Shown here: positions 43,116 through 56,882 of the stretch, piece by piece
Position numbering within the stretch: the first letter of the stretch is position 1
How the letters are laid out: each line of letters begins with the position of its first letter
Assembly: GCF_036321535.1 (NCBI RefSeq)
Contig: NC_087436.1
Span: forward strand, 43,216,001 to 43,280,000
Reading direction: 5' to 3'
Length of the DNA stretch: 64,000 bases
Source: Camelus dromedarius
Taxonomy: Eukaryota
The notes under the pieces: model-generated
What the model was told of the DNA's origin: nothing
The model's input: only the letters and a program-made list of their open reading frames with translations
Database searches by the model: none
Program-made: the position numbers and the translations under genes

Positions 43116-44049
43116 ACTCAAATTATATGTAACTTTTTAACCAGATATCAAAAGACTAGGGTCACCAATACAACTCTGGGTAAGACACTGACTGTGTTGA
43201 CTTCAAATTCATATAATAACTGCTATAGATACAATGTCTTTAATACTCCCATCCAGTTCTAAACTACAATAATTTAGTGAGGGGCATAATATGGGGAGAA
43301 TGCAAGGAACTCATACTCCCCAAATAAGGCCAACTACTTAGTAGTTCATCCATGGGAGACATCCTCAAAATAGAATACTGTCCCCCTTCCTACTGCCTCT
43401 ACAATTTTTGTTAAAGCACAAAGCACAATGCTAATTTAGAAGGTCAAAAACTTTTCAAATATCTTCAGAAAAAAGAACATCAAAGTATCTATGTAAGATG
43501 TAGTATGTGGAACCTAGTTCCAAAATGCAAAGCTGTTTGATTGCTGATCAATGGCATTAGAATAAAGAAGGAAAAGAAGGGCTACCTCTAGTCTTTGCAG
43601 CCGGTGCAATCATCAAATGTTAGTTATAAACGAGAACAATGAACAAATCCATGACTGGTAGAATTTTTGTCATTAGCTGCAATACATGGTGTGCACATTG
43701 AAACAAGAATCCTTTTTTGCTCAGACCAGTTGAAAGAGGCATGCTAGTAGAAGCTGTAAATCTGATATAGCTGGATATTTTTTATTGTCTCTGGGCTTCT
43801 CTTTTTTATCAGTTAAGTTCCCAGGTTTCTATTAGTTCACACTGGTCTCCCCTCCTTTCTGCTGTGCTTGACTTGTGAATGCAAACCTAGACTGCCCTAT
43901 GCTCTTATTCTTAAGAATCGATATATCTAATAAACAAAGGGAAAGTCATTCAGGACCTAATGAGTCAGTAACAACTGAACCACTGCTTCCCACATAGTGA
44001 AACAGCCTTCCCATGCCCATGACCCTAACACCAAAAACAATAAAAATAA

Positions 44050-44285
44050 CAACGGTATCTAACAGAGAGTGCTTACTACATGCCATGGATGGTGCTAGTT
44101 CCTTTGAGCGTCAAAATAACCCTAAACTTTATGTACTAGAAAGACCCCTGTTTTACAGGTAAGTAAATCCAGGCATAGATATGATAAGTAACTTGTCCAA
44201 AAGCACAAGGTTAGTGGGTGGGTGTTGGAGCAGGATTCAGGATTCCAGATTATCTGACTCCAAGTTGTTGATCTTAACTACTGCT
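44050..44285 (-). mobile_element. MIR SINE
   Basis: gagtgcttacta..ttttacagg..aagtaacttgtccaa..tctgactccaa. Confidence 0.65.
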
Positions 44286-44539
44286 ACGCTGAAGCCTGTC
44301 AAGCTAAAATCAAATGCTTATTACACTGGCCTTGGTTGGTTCTCATTCTAATTTTTCGAAGCCTGCTATTTTTCACTCATTTTACGTTAAAGACTCAGAG
44401 TCCTCTGGACAATTACTAGAACTTTTTCAATTTTTTGGCTATATGTCCCAAATTTGCTTCATCATCTCATTTCCTTCAATATGAAAAATTTCCCTAAAAC
44501 CTAGACCCTCTTTCACCTTTCCCTGGCTTCACTGCTTTA

Positions 44540-45330
44540 GCAGTCTCATTTAAGTCCATTACTTCAATAACCACTTCCGTCAGATGATCCATAAATGTCT
44601 TCATTTCATTGCAGAATTCTCCTTTAAGCTCCAGACCTGTAGCTCAAACTTCCCGTTAAAATCTCCTCTTGGATGTATATATAATGCAGCTTGTGTTCTC
44701 TAACCTCCTTCCCATCAAACCCAAAACAAAAATAAAACCCTGTCCTTATCCAGTATTCTCTGTATCAGTGGACTTCATCACCATGTCCACTGATAAGTAA
44801 GGGAGAAATCCAGAAGTCATCCTTGTCACCATCCTCTTCCTCACCTTCCATATGCCATCATCACCAAGTGCTCTGAAATAGGTCTTACATCTTTTTCAAT
44901 GCAGTCCCCTTTCTCCATCACCCAAACCACCAGCACTCCATTCTAAGCTAGTATCACCTATTGTCTAGAGTCAACCTCTATAATAGTCTCCAAATAGCTT
45001 TGCATCTGCCCTGGCCTCCTTCAAGTTGTTCTCCAAACTGCACCAGGTGACCTTTTCAAAATCTAAAGCTTATCTTGTTCTACCTCCCACTTCCACCTCA
45101 TACTGGGCTTAGGATAAACACCTTAAAACAAAATCCTTCGTATGGCTTACAAGGTCCCAAAAGATCTGACTTTCTCTCTGAAGCCACATACATACCATAT
45201 TTCCCCTAAATGTTTCAGCTCCCAGATTTCTTTTAGGCTCTTGAATGTACTCTTTCATTTTCCCACAGCACACTTTATCTCCTCTTACATCTAAGTTTCA
45301 TATCAATTCCCTTCTTTAAGAGAACAGTTC
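44540..45330 (+). mobile_element. L2 fragment
   Basis: Pyrimidine-rich L2-like body (ctccagacc..tctcctcttggatg..gtcatccttg..atggcttacaaggtcc). Confidence 0.55.
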
Positions 45331-45334
45331 CCTG

Positions 45335-46330
45335 GAGGGCATTATGCTAAGTGAAACAAGTCAGACAGAGAAAGACAAGTACTACGTGGTATCACTTACA
45401 TGTGGAATCTAGGGGGAAAAAAAAACAAACTCATAGGAACAGAGCATAGGAAAGTAGTTGCCAGGGCCTGGGGCAGAAATAGAGGTTGGTAAAAGTATAT
45501 GAACTTTCACCTGTGAGATGAATAAGGTCTGAGGATCTAATGTATAACATGGTTACTATAGCTGGTAACATATATAACTGAAATTTCCTAAGAGAATAGA
45601 ACTTACATGTTCTCCCCCAAAAAAAAGAAAAAGAAAGAAAGAAAAGAAGGAAGGAAGGACAGAAGGAAGGATGGAAGGAAGGAAGGAAGGGGAAGTAAAA
45701 GAAATATGAGAGGTGATGGATGTGTTCATCAACTTGGTGGAGGAGAATCCTTTCACAAAGTACATGTATATCACATCATCACGTTGTACACTTTGTGGGG
45801 CCAACTTGAGTCCTTCAAAGTCCAAAGACTCCCATTCCTGGGACCTCAGATGTCTGCCTGAGATTCCTAAACAGGTAAAATACATTCTTCCCTGGGCATG
45901 TTTGCCCTAACAAACTAATAGCCCTAGGTAATGCCTAATCTCACAATAGCTCAGGCTGGTTTGTTTCAGCTCACCTTATCAGAGTCATAAACCCCATCAC
46001 CCTTCACAAACCCTAAACTTCTTAACCTCACCTACAACCAATCAGAGACTTGTGCATGAGCCAATCAGGCACCTTGTGACCTGACCTTATAAAAGACCCA
46101 AACAACCGGCCCTCGGTGCTCGCACAGGCACCTCTGTCTCTGTGGTCCACTGTTATCTGTGACAGCGTAACTACTAAACTCCCTTCCTGTTCTCATTCTT
46201 TGTCTTTGGTAAATTCTTTTATCGCCCACAACACTGGCCTGACTTGTTTCAGGACACACTTCATATATCTCACAGTTTATTTGTCAATTAAACCTCAATA
46301 AATCGGGGGGAAAAGTAAACTAAAAAAATA
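45335..46330 (+). mobile_element. Older L1 (L1MA-like) 3' end interrupted by a solo LTR; internal (GGAA)n
   Basis: gagggcattatgctaagtgaaa..agacagagaaagacaa..; the L1 resumes after 46256 and runs to ctcaataaa. Confidence 0.8.
45794..46256 (+). mobile_element. Solo ERV LTR nested in L1
   Basis: TG...CA termini; 5-bp TSD cactt at 45789-93 and 46257-61; CCAAT at 46038 and 46061; TATAAAA at 46088. Confidence 0.85.
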
Positions 46331-46699
46331 AAATAATCTATGAGTATAAAAAAAGAGAGCCACTTAGACATCACTTCCTCAGGCTCCACCACCTCCACCC
46401 CCACTGCATCACTGTATCTCTGGCAAGCATTAGACAGCACACCTTAAATCCCCAAATACCTGCTGAGTGAGTGAGGGAAGGAGGAAGGGGTTGAATGATT
46501 ACTTCCAACAATTTTCTATTGGTAAGTTTTATCACATTTTTACAATTTGTTTTTTTCTGCGATCCTTGCCTTGACGGATCATTGCTTTGAGGTCTTCCTG
46601 ATGGTTCCACTTAGCATCTTAGTTGTTGTGGAACAGACACATTCAGCTGTGAGATCTGAAGTAAGAGGCAGACTGCTACAGCTCTATTTTATTTTACTT

Positions 46700-47191
46700 A
46701 ACTTTTTTGTTTGTTTTTCACTGATTATTTTTAATTAAAGTATAGTCAATTTACAATGTTGTGTTAGTTTCTGGTGTACAGCATAGTGATTCAGTTATAT
46801 ACACATATATTCCTTTTCCTATTCTTTTTCATTATATGCTATTACAAGATATTGAATATAGTTCCCTGTGCTGTACAGTAAGATCTCGTTGCTTATTTTA
46901 TATATAGTAGTTAGTATCTGTGAATCCTGAACTCCCATTTTATCCTTCCCCACCCCTTTCCATCCCTGGTAACCATAAGTTTTTTTTCTATGTAAGTCTA
47001 TTTCTGTTTTTAAATAAGTTTGTGTCATTTTTGTTGTTGTTGTTTTTAGATTTCATATACAAGTGATGCCATATGGCATTTTTCCCCCTATTTCTGGCTT
47101 ACTGCACTTAGTATGATAACCTCTAAGTCTATCCATGTTGCTGCAAATGGTATCATTTCATTCTTTTTTATGGGTGAGGGGTATTCCATTT

Positions 47192-47224
<33 letters not shown>

Positions 47225-47625
47225 GTGTGTGTACACACACATCCTCTTTATCCAATCATCTGTCAGAGGACATTTAGGTTGCTTCCATGTCTTGGCTATT
47301 GTAAATAGTGCTGCTATGAACACTGAGGTGCATGTATTTTTTCAAAATAGAGTTTCCTTCAGATATATGCCCAGGAATGGGATTGCTGGATTATACAATA
47401 AGTCTACTTTTAGATTTTTAAAGAATCTTCAACCTGTTTTCCATAATGACTGCACCAAACTACATTTCCACCAACAGGGTAGGAGGGTTCCCTTTTCTTC
47501 ACACCCTCTCTAGCATTTATCATTTGTGGGCTTTTTAATAATGGCCATTCTGACTGGTGTAAGGTGGTATTTCATTGCAGTTTTGATTTGCACTTCTCTG
47601 ATAATTAGCAATATTGAGCATTTTT
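46700..47625 (-). mobile_element. L1 3' fragment (end of ORF2 plus 3'UTR) with internal (TG)n
   Basis: Typical antisense L1 sequence: ttccatgtcttggctattgtaaatagtgctgc, gggattgctggat, ccattctgactggtgtaagg. Confidence 0.9.
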
Positions 47626-48504
47626 TCTATTTATATATTTACTGCCAGAGTAGCTTATCCTTCATATTAACTTGGAAGGAGAGAAAAAGAAGGGTCTCCT
47701 GTATGAAATTTGAGCTCTACATTATTAAGAGAAATTTGGAGCTATCTTTGCCATTTTACTCTTCTCCCTACAAGTCTTACCTCACTACAAATTTAGTTCC
47801 TTTAAAATGCAATAATATTGGACTTAGATAGGCTTGTGAAGGAATAAATAAATGGAACATTTACCAAAGATTTAGATTTTATGATGTTTAGGCCTTAATT
47901 CATTCAGGTTTCAGGACAAAATGACAACTAGTATTCACTTTCCATCCCACTTGTACCCAGATAAATGAGCATAAAGACAAAATATGTGTATTAATTTTAT
48001 TTCAAAATTGAAAAATTGCTTTATCTTATTACAAATGAAAATAGTATCATGTCTTTTCAGATATGTGTATGTGTATTTAGCAGACTTGTAATTTTAATGT
48101 TATTTTTCTACTGGGATCTGAGAAAATAGTTCTATCCAATGCAAATTTTTAAAGACATCAATTCTCATCATTTCTCCAAGCATACTGGAGAGTGAAGAAA
48201 GCATATTTGCTTTGTTTAACTTGGAATATCAAGGAACACAGATGCTTTTGCAAACTTGGAATCACCCAATGAACTGATTTTCAGAGTCAAAAAGACAACA
48301 AAAATGTCCTGATTTCTTTCTTATTCCTGGCCAAATGCAAGTACATTCCATCATCTTAACTTCAGAAAATTTATATTACAACAATAATTTTCCAAAAAAC
48401 CAACAGACCGATTAAGAAAGAACCATATTTATATATTTGTGGGAGGGAAGCTGAAAACAAAATCTTATTTTGGAATCTGTGATGAGAGATCCCACTTCAT
48501 ACTC

Positions 48505-48538
48505 TGTGTGTGTGTGTGTGTGTGTATGTGTGTGTGTG
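48505..48538. repeat. (TG)n microsatellite
   Basis: Directly visible. Confidence 0.95.
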
Positions 48539-50879
48539 ATAGAACGGGATGTTCCACTATGAGTTTCTACTTTAAGAGCCAAGGATGGCTTGATGGCCAT
48601 ACGGAAGCAATTCAGTGTAATGGGCATGGTGGCCAACTGTGTAGGCTTTCTTCCTCTTCACAGTCCAATTCAAATTCTTCATGACAATGAGCAAGAGCTA
48701 ATGAAGAAAAAATTACTGGAAACTACACCTGAAAAGACATTTATCATTGCATGTAGTAGGTGTATGCACCCCTAAAATTCTGGACGTGTAATCAGTGGCC
48801 ATGCAACCTTGTAACTGGCATTAATGGTCATGGTCTAAATATCTGAAAGCTAATAAAATAATAGCCTGATCATGTCCATGTTACAAATAGAAAAGTCTTC
48901 TTCTGGAATGAAATCTCCAAGATTGAAAGAACAAAGAGTGGTGAACATAAAGTAGGCAAAAGGATTCAATGAAAATAGACGTAAATTTTCAGTAAAATAT
49001 AGGATCAAGAATACCAAATCAGAATATTTTATTTGGACTCACTTACCATTAAAATAAAATAAAAAGAAAAATATAGTGTACCTGAAGTTCTCATAAAAGG
49101 ACTAAACACAAAACACACTAAACACAAAAGAAATTCCAAGAAAAAGTACAATAGTATAGACATAGATCAGAAAAATGAATGAAAATGATCACAAACCATA
49201 TTTCAGAAAATATAGTCTTCCAGGTGTTAAAAATCATTTGGTAAAAGAATACTCTAAGAGAATGTGTGACTGAGTGTCACAGGGCTCATGAATCCCTAAA
49301 GGGTAAACTTCCTAGTTGCCTGCTTTTGTGCAATGCTTTTAGTGTCCCCGCACCAGAGTGACCAGACCAAGAGAGAATGGATGGTGTCTAAGTCAGGGAC
49401 CTGGCCCTCATGGTAGGTAGGTAGGGTCTTGGATCTCTCCGGTGGAGACAGAAGGTATGGAGACAGCTAAATGGGAAACAGTATACTATGCTGAAGATAA
49501 CTAAAAGGAATGGGCCCATACCAAATGGCCATAGGTCTGTGGCTCCATCACTATTTTGTAATAAGACCTTGGTTTTCCTATTTGTGCCTCAATTTTACCC
49601 ATATCCAAAATGAAAATAATCATTGCTGATTCACATCATTAGAAAGATAAAATGAAATTAAATAACACATGAAAACACTTTTTAAAATAAAGAGTCTTAA
49701 GTGCAAGATACTACTATTGGGCTGTAGTTGTTTGGCATCTGAAATATATTCCAAGCCAAACTCAGCTCCCTGGACACACACTTTTTAAAGTGTCTCCTGG
49801 GAGCTTCTAACCCATTCTTTCTTCTAATGAAATTGCATTTTCCTATCTAGATATGACTATCAGGTAACTCAAACATTATGCACTCCATTGAATAAGGTAA
49901 AAGATAGAGAGCTGCAACTGATCACAAGTCCTACTTTATCCACTCTCCACAATTTTACTTAGCTCTGCAGAGATATCACTGATTCTAGGATTCAGTTTGC
50001 CTTTTCCTTTAACTGTAGTAAAATATACATAACAGAAGCCAGTTTGCTTTGTAAAATCAAAAAACAAATACATATTTTTAAGGTCATTTTATTCTATTAC
50101 ATTGGTTATTCTGATTTTAATGATTTTACATAGTGACTGCAATAAAGATCTAAAGAAAAAAAATACTCTTATATGAGAAACAAGAAGTCACATTTTTGTA
50201 GAGAAAATTAAAGAGAGGAGATTTCTCAGGCCAGATTTTCTTGGTAGCAACAGCACATGTTCATATTTTGAACACTGTGCAGAAAGAGAGCATTTATAAC
50301 TCACAAAAAGGACTAAGTAAAAATTTTTCACCTTAAACCTTTTGCATGGATTCCACTTCAAAAGAATCAGCTCACTTGGACCCTAATACGGTTTGGGCCA
50401 GAAGAAAAAGAAATTTGAAAAATTATTCTCTGGGGTCTGTAGCAGAGGTAGAACTGTTATGTGAACTAGGAAAAGCAGTTTTGCCTGGAGATGAAAATTA
50501 TGAGCAAGTGAATGATCGTCTTTGTCTCAGTTTGTCATCGATAATGACAGAGCAAATGAAGATCAAAAGAGATAATGTACACAATGCACAAGAGACAGTG
50601 CCCAGGAGTGCCCAGGAGTCAACATTATTATTTATACTATTATCAATGTTAATATCTACTGTTAGGAATGATTGGAATACACACCAAAGCTAATTCTTAT
50701 ACCTGAAGAGGATACATGCATATGTTTAGCCTCCAATCATATATGAGCAAGGCATTACGCCACATCCTGAAACTATTAAGAAGTGTGAGAAAAATAATCT
50801 GCTTCCAAGAAGTTTACCATTTGCAGAAATTTTAGATGTACTTTTTAAAATATGTGATCTTTTAAAAAAAATTATTGTG

Positions 50880-51028
50880 CAGGTGGGGAGGGGTAATTAG
50901 ATTTATTTATTTATTTATTTACTTACTTACTTACTTACTTATTTATTTTTAAGTGGCAGTACTGGGGATTGAATCCAGGACTACATGCATGCTAAGCACA
51001 TACTCTACCACTGAGCTATACACTTCCC
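50880..51028 (-). mobile_element. tRNA-derived SINE (Vic-1-like, camelid type)
   Basis: Minus strand has A box tagctcagtggtagag, B box ggattcaatccc and a (TAAA/TAAG)n tail. Confidence 0.8.
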
Positions 51029-53026
51029 CACTGTAGATAAATTTTTAAAAAATAAACCTAAGATGGGCAAATATCAACAGGCAAAAAATGCTACCAAAAT
51101 GTAAAGAAACTCACCACTCTGAGAATATTTTAAAACCTTTTTAAAAATATAATTTCTTTGATAATATATAATTGGGATGATTTTTTAAAAGTCGTATCTC
51201 TGAGTCTAGTAGATTTACAGGTTATAAAAGTGACAAATGTCTGTACAGATAACTAGAAAGCATTCCAGCGTCCTTTATACAGGACTGTTTAGAAGATGTT
51301 AATATGCTTAGATTTTATGAACGTGTCTGTACTTTCAGAAAGCAAGCAACCACCCCCAGGGCAAACAGTGTTCCTCAAATCACTCTAATTTGACTCCCAG
51401 CCCCATTATTCCACCAAGACAGCTTTCACTGATGTCTTGATGAGACCTGCATGCCACTAAATCCAGGAGACCAAAGAACCAAGCCAGAGAGCTCCATGGT
51501 CGGGGCAAGGCTTAAAATTGCACCAAAAACTTGCTCAGTAGAAATGACACTGCTACAACGGAAGCACAGAAATGGAAATATTTGTTGATTGTTATTATAT
51601 TAATCACATAATTCTATTTAAAATACTTAAACTGCTCCTACTGGTGTTCTGGAATTTCTTCACAAATTATAGCACTGCCTATCAAAATTGGCACAGTGTC
51701 ACTTGAAGGTAAGCCTCACATGGGCCTCACAGATTATGTAGAGAATACAGAAAATTCCATAGAGGCACAACTCTGCACAACCTAGAAGCCTGTAAATGTT
51801 TACTGAATAGTTGTTCCCTGGAGCTTTTCAGAGAGTTTTTCACCTTCTTAGTTCAACAATAACCTTAGTGCTCCATTTCCAAATAATTTGGAAGTTCACC
51901 AAATGCAAACTACCATGCAGTCACCCACATTCCTATAATAACAGACTATCCTGCACTTGTTTTGCATTGTGTTCTTACAAAGATGGAGGAGAAGGTGTAA
52001 CTTGAGAACAAAATTCAGAATTTATGTTGTGCATGTGGGATACCTGTGCCCTTTCTCTGGCTCTCAAAAGTGAGTGACTGTCCAATTATTATAATCATGG
52101 CTCCAACCAATTCACCCGATATCCATCGCTGTCACACAAGAAATCTGTATCTTAAACAGGACACAACAGAGAAGAATCACACATGGAGAAGGACTCATAT
52201 TCACCCCCAAAAATCCTTAAAACCATGCCTTTGGAATTTGCTCTCTCAAAAGGCAAAATAATCAACCTGCTTTATATAAATTCCTGCATTTTAATTTCAA
52301 TTATTAAATTATAAAATATTCTAAGTAAGTAATGATAGTTTTTATTAATTGGTAATGATGGCTACCTAAATTTAATATAGCAAATAAGGTTACAGGTCTT
52401 ATCAAATGACTTAGACATTTAGAAAAAAATCCCCAATTGTAATTATTAATTTTTCTCACTCTAAAACTTTTTCTCAATATAAAAATCAGTGTGAAGCTAT
52501 CTGTCAGGATTCCCTACGATATAAATCTAAATTGAGCTAACGGAATACAGTACAAATAAAGACTATCTTAATCTCTTAATGATAATATATATCTTTCTTA
52601 AGATCTGTTATGATCTGGCATGATTGTAACTCTAAAGCACAGGCTCACTGATACTGAAAGCAAATTACTGATTAAATGATTTTAGCTTGTTCTCCTGGAA
52701 AAGTCCCCAAAGCATATACATTTCTAACAAACACAGCATAATAACTGATATAACTTTTAACAAGCTTTTACCTTGCAGCATTTTTTGAAATCACTGTGTT
52801 CAACCAGTCATTTTGAGGAAAATAATCAAGTTCTTTTTATACATATTAACAGTGCCAACATACAAGTGAACTTCCCATCAAAAGAAACCTCCTACAGTCA
52901 ATTCAATGCTTTCATCTCTATGCTTTTTTAAGTACACAAACTATTGATTCACACAGGTTGTGGAATCTATATTTAGACAATATTGCTGCAATATTCCTAC
53001 ACCCAGTTTTCTCTTACAGTCTCTAA

Positions 53027-53200
53027 AGCAGTGCTTCTCAAAGTGTGGTCCCTGGACCAGTAGCATCAGCACTACCTGAAAACTTGTGAGAAATTAACAT
53101 TCTCAGGTCCCTCACTGGAAGTGAATCAGAAACTCTGGGCTGGGACCCAGAAACATGTGTTTTAACAAGGCCTACAGGTGACACAGGTGATGCTGTTCTA
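53027..53200. mobile_element. MER5A-like hAT DNA transposon remnant
   Basis: cagtgcttctcaaagtgtggtcc..agcatcagc..gaatcagaaactctggg..ttttaacaag. Confidence 0.75.
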
Positions 53201-54543
53201 AAGCAAAAAAATGTTGTCTAGCTATCAAAAAAAGCTTTGGAGCAGGAGATTTTGTAGTGTCCTATGTCTCCAAGCTCAGGCTGCCATACTCTATAGAATA
53301 TACCAGAGTACTTTACAGATGATATCAATTTTTACAATTTTTCATTTAATAAAGATTTTAGAATATGGCATATTCTCAGTAAGTGTTCAAATATTGACGT
53401 GCATTTAACCAAAAATTTGGGTTGTAAGGAGAAATGTGATCTTTTAAAACAGTATGATATTATAGAGATAAAAATGGATCATGTTATGTCTCTCATCATT
53501 TCAACAGATTCTTCCCTACAACTGAGGTCAAAGGACATAGGGGTGATTCTAATTTTTCTCCATTAGTATTTTCTGGGTCTAGAACTTGTGCCCTTCATAC
53601 AACTAGAGCCGTGTCTAGATGATGGATGAATGAACAACACAGGTAATAGATATTCCTATACAAAGGCCTTTAAAGGAAAGCCGGTGAGGTTATCCCAAAG
53701 AATGGATAGAGAGGAACTGGTTTATTTTGCCAACAGCCCCTTGGTGTGGTCTATGTTATTAGAAAGGTTAAAGACTTTAAAAAATAGAGAAAAGGAATGG
53801 ATCTGATTATAAATATATGCATCTCAATTTCTGCATAAATACATTTTAGATACCAAGAGTAAAGTTTTGGCCAAAGCAAAATTTTCTTCCCACTTTCAAC
53901 CAGAAAAATAAAATAGGGGTCAAGTTTATAGTATGATATATTTTGATTATGCTCTTAAAATTGTTAATTTCATTTAAAAATATCATTTCCTATCCTATAT
54001 AACTATTATTATATACATCATAAGGCTGGGGGTCTCAAATTTTCCTGTTTCCCTCAGGAGTTTTGTAAAGCCCACATTTGACATGTGAAGTACCCAAAAT
54101 AATGCAATTCCCATTTCATAGCAGATTTCCCACTGGAATACTAATCTTTTGAGAATTTATAAAATTTAAGGAGAGAAACTATTTTTATAGAGTATATATA
54201 TAGAAAGTACTTTTATAGAGCAATACAACTTGTATGAATAATTCATATTGCACAGATGTCACTGTCATTCTAGGAAAAAATACTTTATATTCTTTTTTAA
54301 TGTACTTAAAGAATGATAGACTGTGCACTTGTCAAATTTTCAGTTATATTAAGAGGGAGATCATGATACACAAAGAAAAGAAGAAATATCATGGCATGGG
54401 TTAACAAAATAATTTGGCTGAAACAAATCAGAGTGTTTATAGTAAACTTATCTTCCCAACAGCTGGCTAAACCCATTAAATCAATTTCACAAAGCTGTTC
54501 TAATTTAAACTCATTTACATCAGAGAAAATCTGAATGTCATAC

Positions 54544-54642
54544 CTGAGACTGTGCATTAATATTGGCTCCTTCCTTAACGAGAACTTTGACAACTTCTGC
54601 TTGTCCAGCCAAAGATGCAATGTGAAGAGCAGTATTTCCTTT
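54544..54642 (-). CDS. ANK2: ANK2 exon 4 (99 nt): [33 protein letters not shown]
   Basis: Manual translation; acceptor aacag, donor gtatga. Confidence 0.96.
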
Positions 54643-56783
54643 CTGTTTTGGAGAAACAAAATAGAAAATGTTAGTTTCCAAATGTAAAAATCAAAATCGA
54701 CAGGCACTTTCAATTTTGCTGATTACTTCAAGTGGTTAAAACTTGTCATTCTATTGAGACAGCAGTCCACCTTGGGAAAAGATAATTTTTATCATCAATA
54801 CACTGGCCATCTCATATAGCGTCTTTCTTTTCTATCCTGAACAATTCCAGTGTAGTGTTAAGAACACTAGAAGGACTGAGTTCTTAATCAAATAACTTAA
54901 GGGGGGAGGGGGTATGTGTATATGTGTTTATGTGACAATATTATCATTTGTGTTATTTAATTAACAATTAAAGAGTCCTACCCCAAGGTAAAGTTAACTG
55001 AAAAAAAGCTTATCTGAACCACTGAGTTTATTTCACCTTGCAGGGAAACCTAGGAATTTTAAGCGGTAAAGAAACTGACAAGTCTGTTATATGTCGAGTC
55101 ACCAGAGCACATGGTTGTTCAAAATATTTTGGGAATAAAATAGTAAATTTTGTGTGAACTATATAATGTTACCAATAATTTCTACCATTTGCTACATCAA
55201 AATTTACCATCCACAGTACCAAACAAAAATGAAAAATAATTTAATCTTTTCATAAAAAGAAAATATAGGCTAAGAGATTAAAAGATGCCTGTGACATGAT
55301 TAAAATAAATAACAAAAAGAAAAAATTAAAAAACAAATAAATCTGTACATTCAAAGCCATAAGTTTTAGACACTAGTTCTTTTTGTTACCAACTGACTGT
55401 GGGCCTCACATACTGCTTTGAAGGCTCAGTTGCCTCCTCTTTAAATGAGGAGCTTTTCATGAGATTTTTTTCTGTGTCTAAATTGTAACCTGTGATTAAA
55501 AGTGAACCCATATTTTAAAACATCAATAGAGTTTAAAAGAAAAGGAAAAATGATAATAAAATAAACACTTAAGCAAGAAAAAGTGTTTGGTTTAATGAAG
55601 ACATAAATATGAGCAACTCAGGGAAAGCAAATAATTCGATACACGTTCAAATTGACATTCTTTAAATATATGTATAACATTTATTTGATGTGGACAAGGG
55701 AAATGTTAATAAAAATGTTTATTCTCTATGTTTAAGGTAAAGAATATACTGCATACAGTGAACTTATATTTTAACTTTGAAATTGCCAAAGAGTTTTTTA
55801 TTTTGTTTTTGTTTTTAAATTTTGACTAGAACTGCTGTATTACTGTGAGCAGGGTCATTCTACATTTTGGCAATTATGCATGAGATATTGGAAATCTGGG
55901 TTAACTGGCCATACTCCTAATTTATTCCAGCACTCTTTTTGTCTATCCCTGGTTAGGTTAATGCCTCAGCTAAAGGTCTGAATGACTGTCACTTCTCTCT
56001 GCATTTCCCACAACCAAATTATCACACCCTAGCCCTGGTCAGCAGGCTTGATTCTGATTGGCTACTGTTTTTTTTTTTCCAAATTAAAATTTCACCTTCT
56101 GAAGACAAAGATTTGTCATCACTGATGCTATTTCTTAAAATATCAGTTATTTCTGAAATGATTCCCCAAAGGCAAAGTTCAAATATATTTTAGCAAAAGC
56201 AGTATCAAGAAGGAAGCAATAGTTCTAGTATACCAAGCATCTTGTACATTTCTTTAAAAATGAATCCAATTTTTTACAAACACACATGATAGTGACAAAA
56301 TGTAATTTTACCCTAATAATTCAATCCATGATCCAAAATCTCTTTTCCATTATAGTATAAAGGATCTGTATATTATTTTACCAAGTTAACTGAGTACATT
56401 AAAAGACATAACAACTTAAAGCATGAAAATTACTTGCTCCTTTCCACTGAGTTTACTATATCAATTTATTAAAAAAAAAGAATTAACTTTGGGAAATTAG
56501 GTGCTATTGTCTGCAAAGGAGTATATCAATCTAGTCTCTGTGAATCAAAGGGAAAAAGATAAAATATTAGAAACTAGAGATACAGAATTCTTCAGTCTCT
56601 ATTAAGTCCCTAAAGGAAACAATTCAAACTTTGCAAAGTTTAATGGACAGGGTTTCTATTTCATTTCTGCATTGTTAAGAATCTTGGTGTTCTAGCAAAC
56701 CTCCAAAATCTATAACCAGGAAAAGAAGCCGTAAATCACTTCCTCTCTTCCAAGGAAATAAATTCTACCAGCATGAACATTAC

Positions 56784-56882
56784 CTTAGTGGCAGAGTCCA
56801 CAGCAGACCCTCTTCCCAGCAGCTCCTGAACCAGCCCCACATGGCCCTCCTTGGCAGCCAGATGGAGAGCGTTGAGTCCATT
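56784..56882 (-). CDS. ANK2: ANK2 exon 3 (99 nt): [33 protein letters not shown]
   Basis: Manual translation; acceptor tctag, donor gtaatg. Confidence 0.96.

Noticed and set aside
50880..51028. tRNA gene (A and B boxes; also at 63563-63692)
   Set aside because: AT-rich tail and shared 3' extension in two copies indicate a SINE rather than a tRNA.
54306..54713. 135-aa minus-strand ORF
   Set aside because: Out-of-frame overlap with ANK2 exon 4 plus intron sequence.
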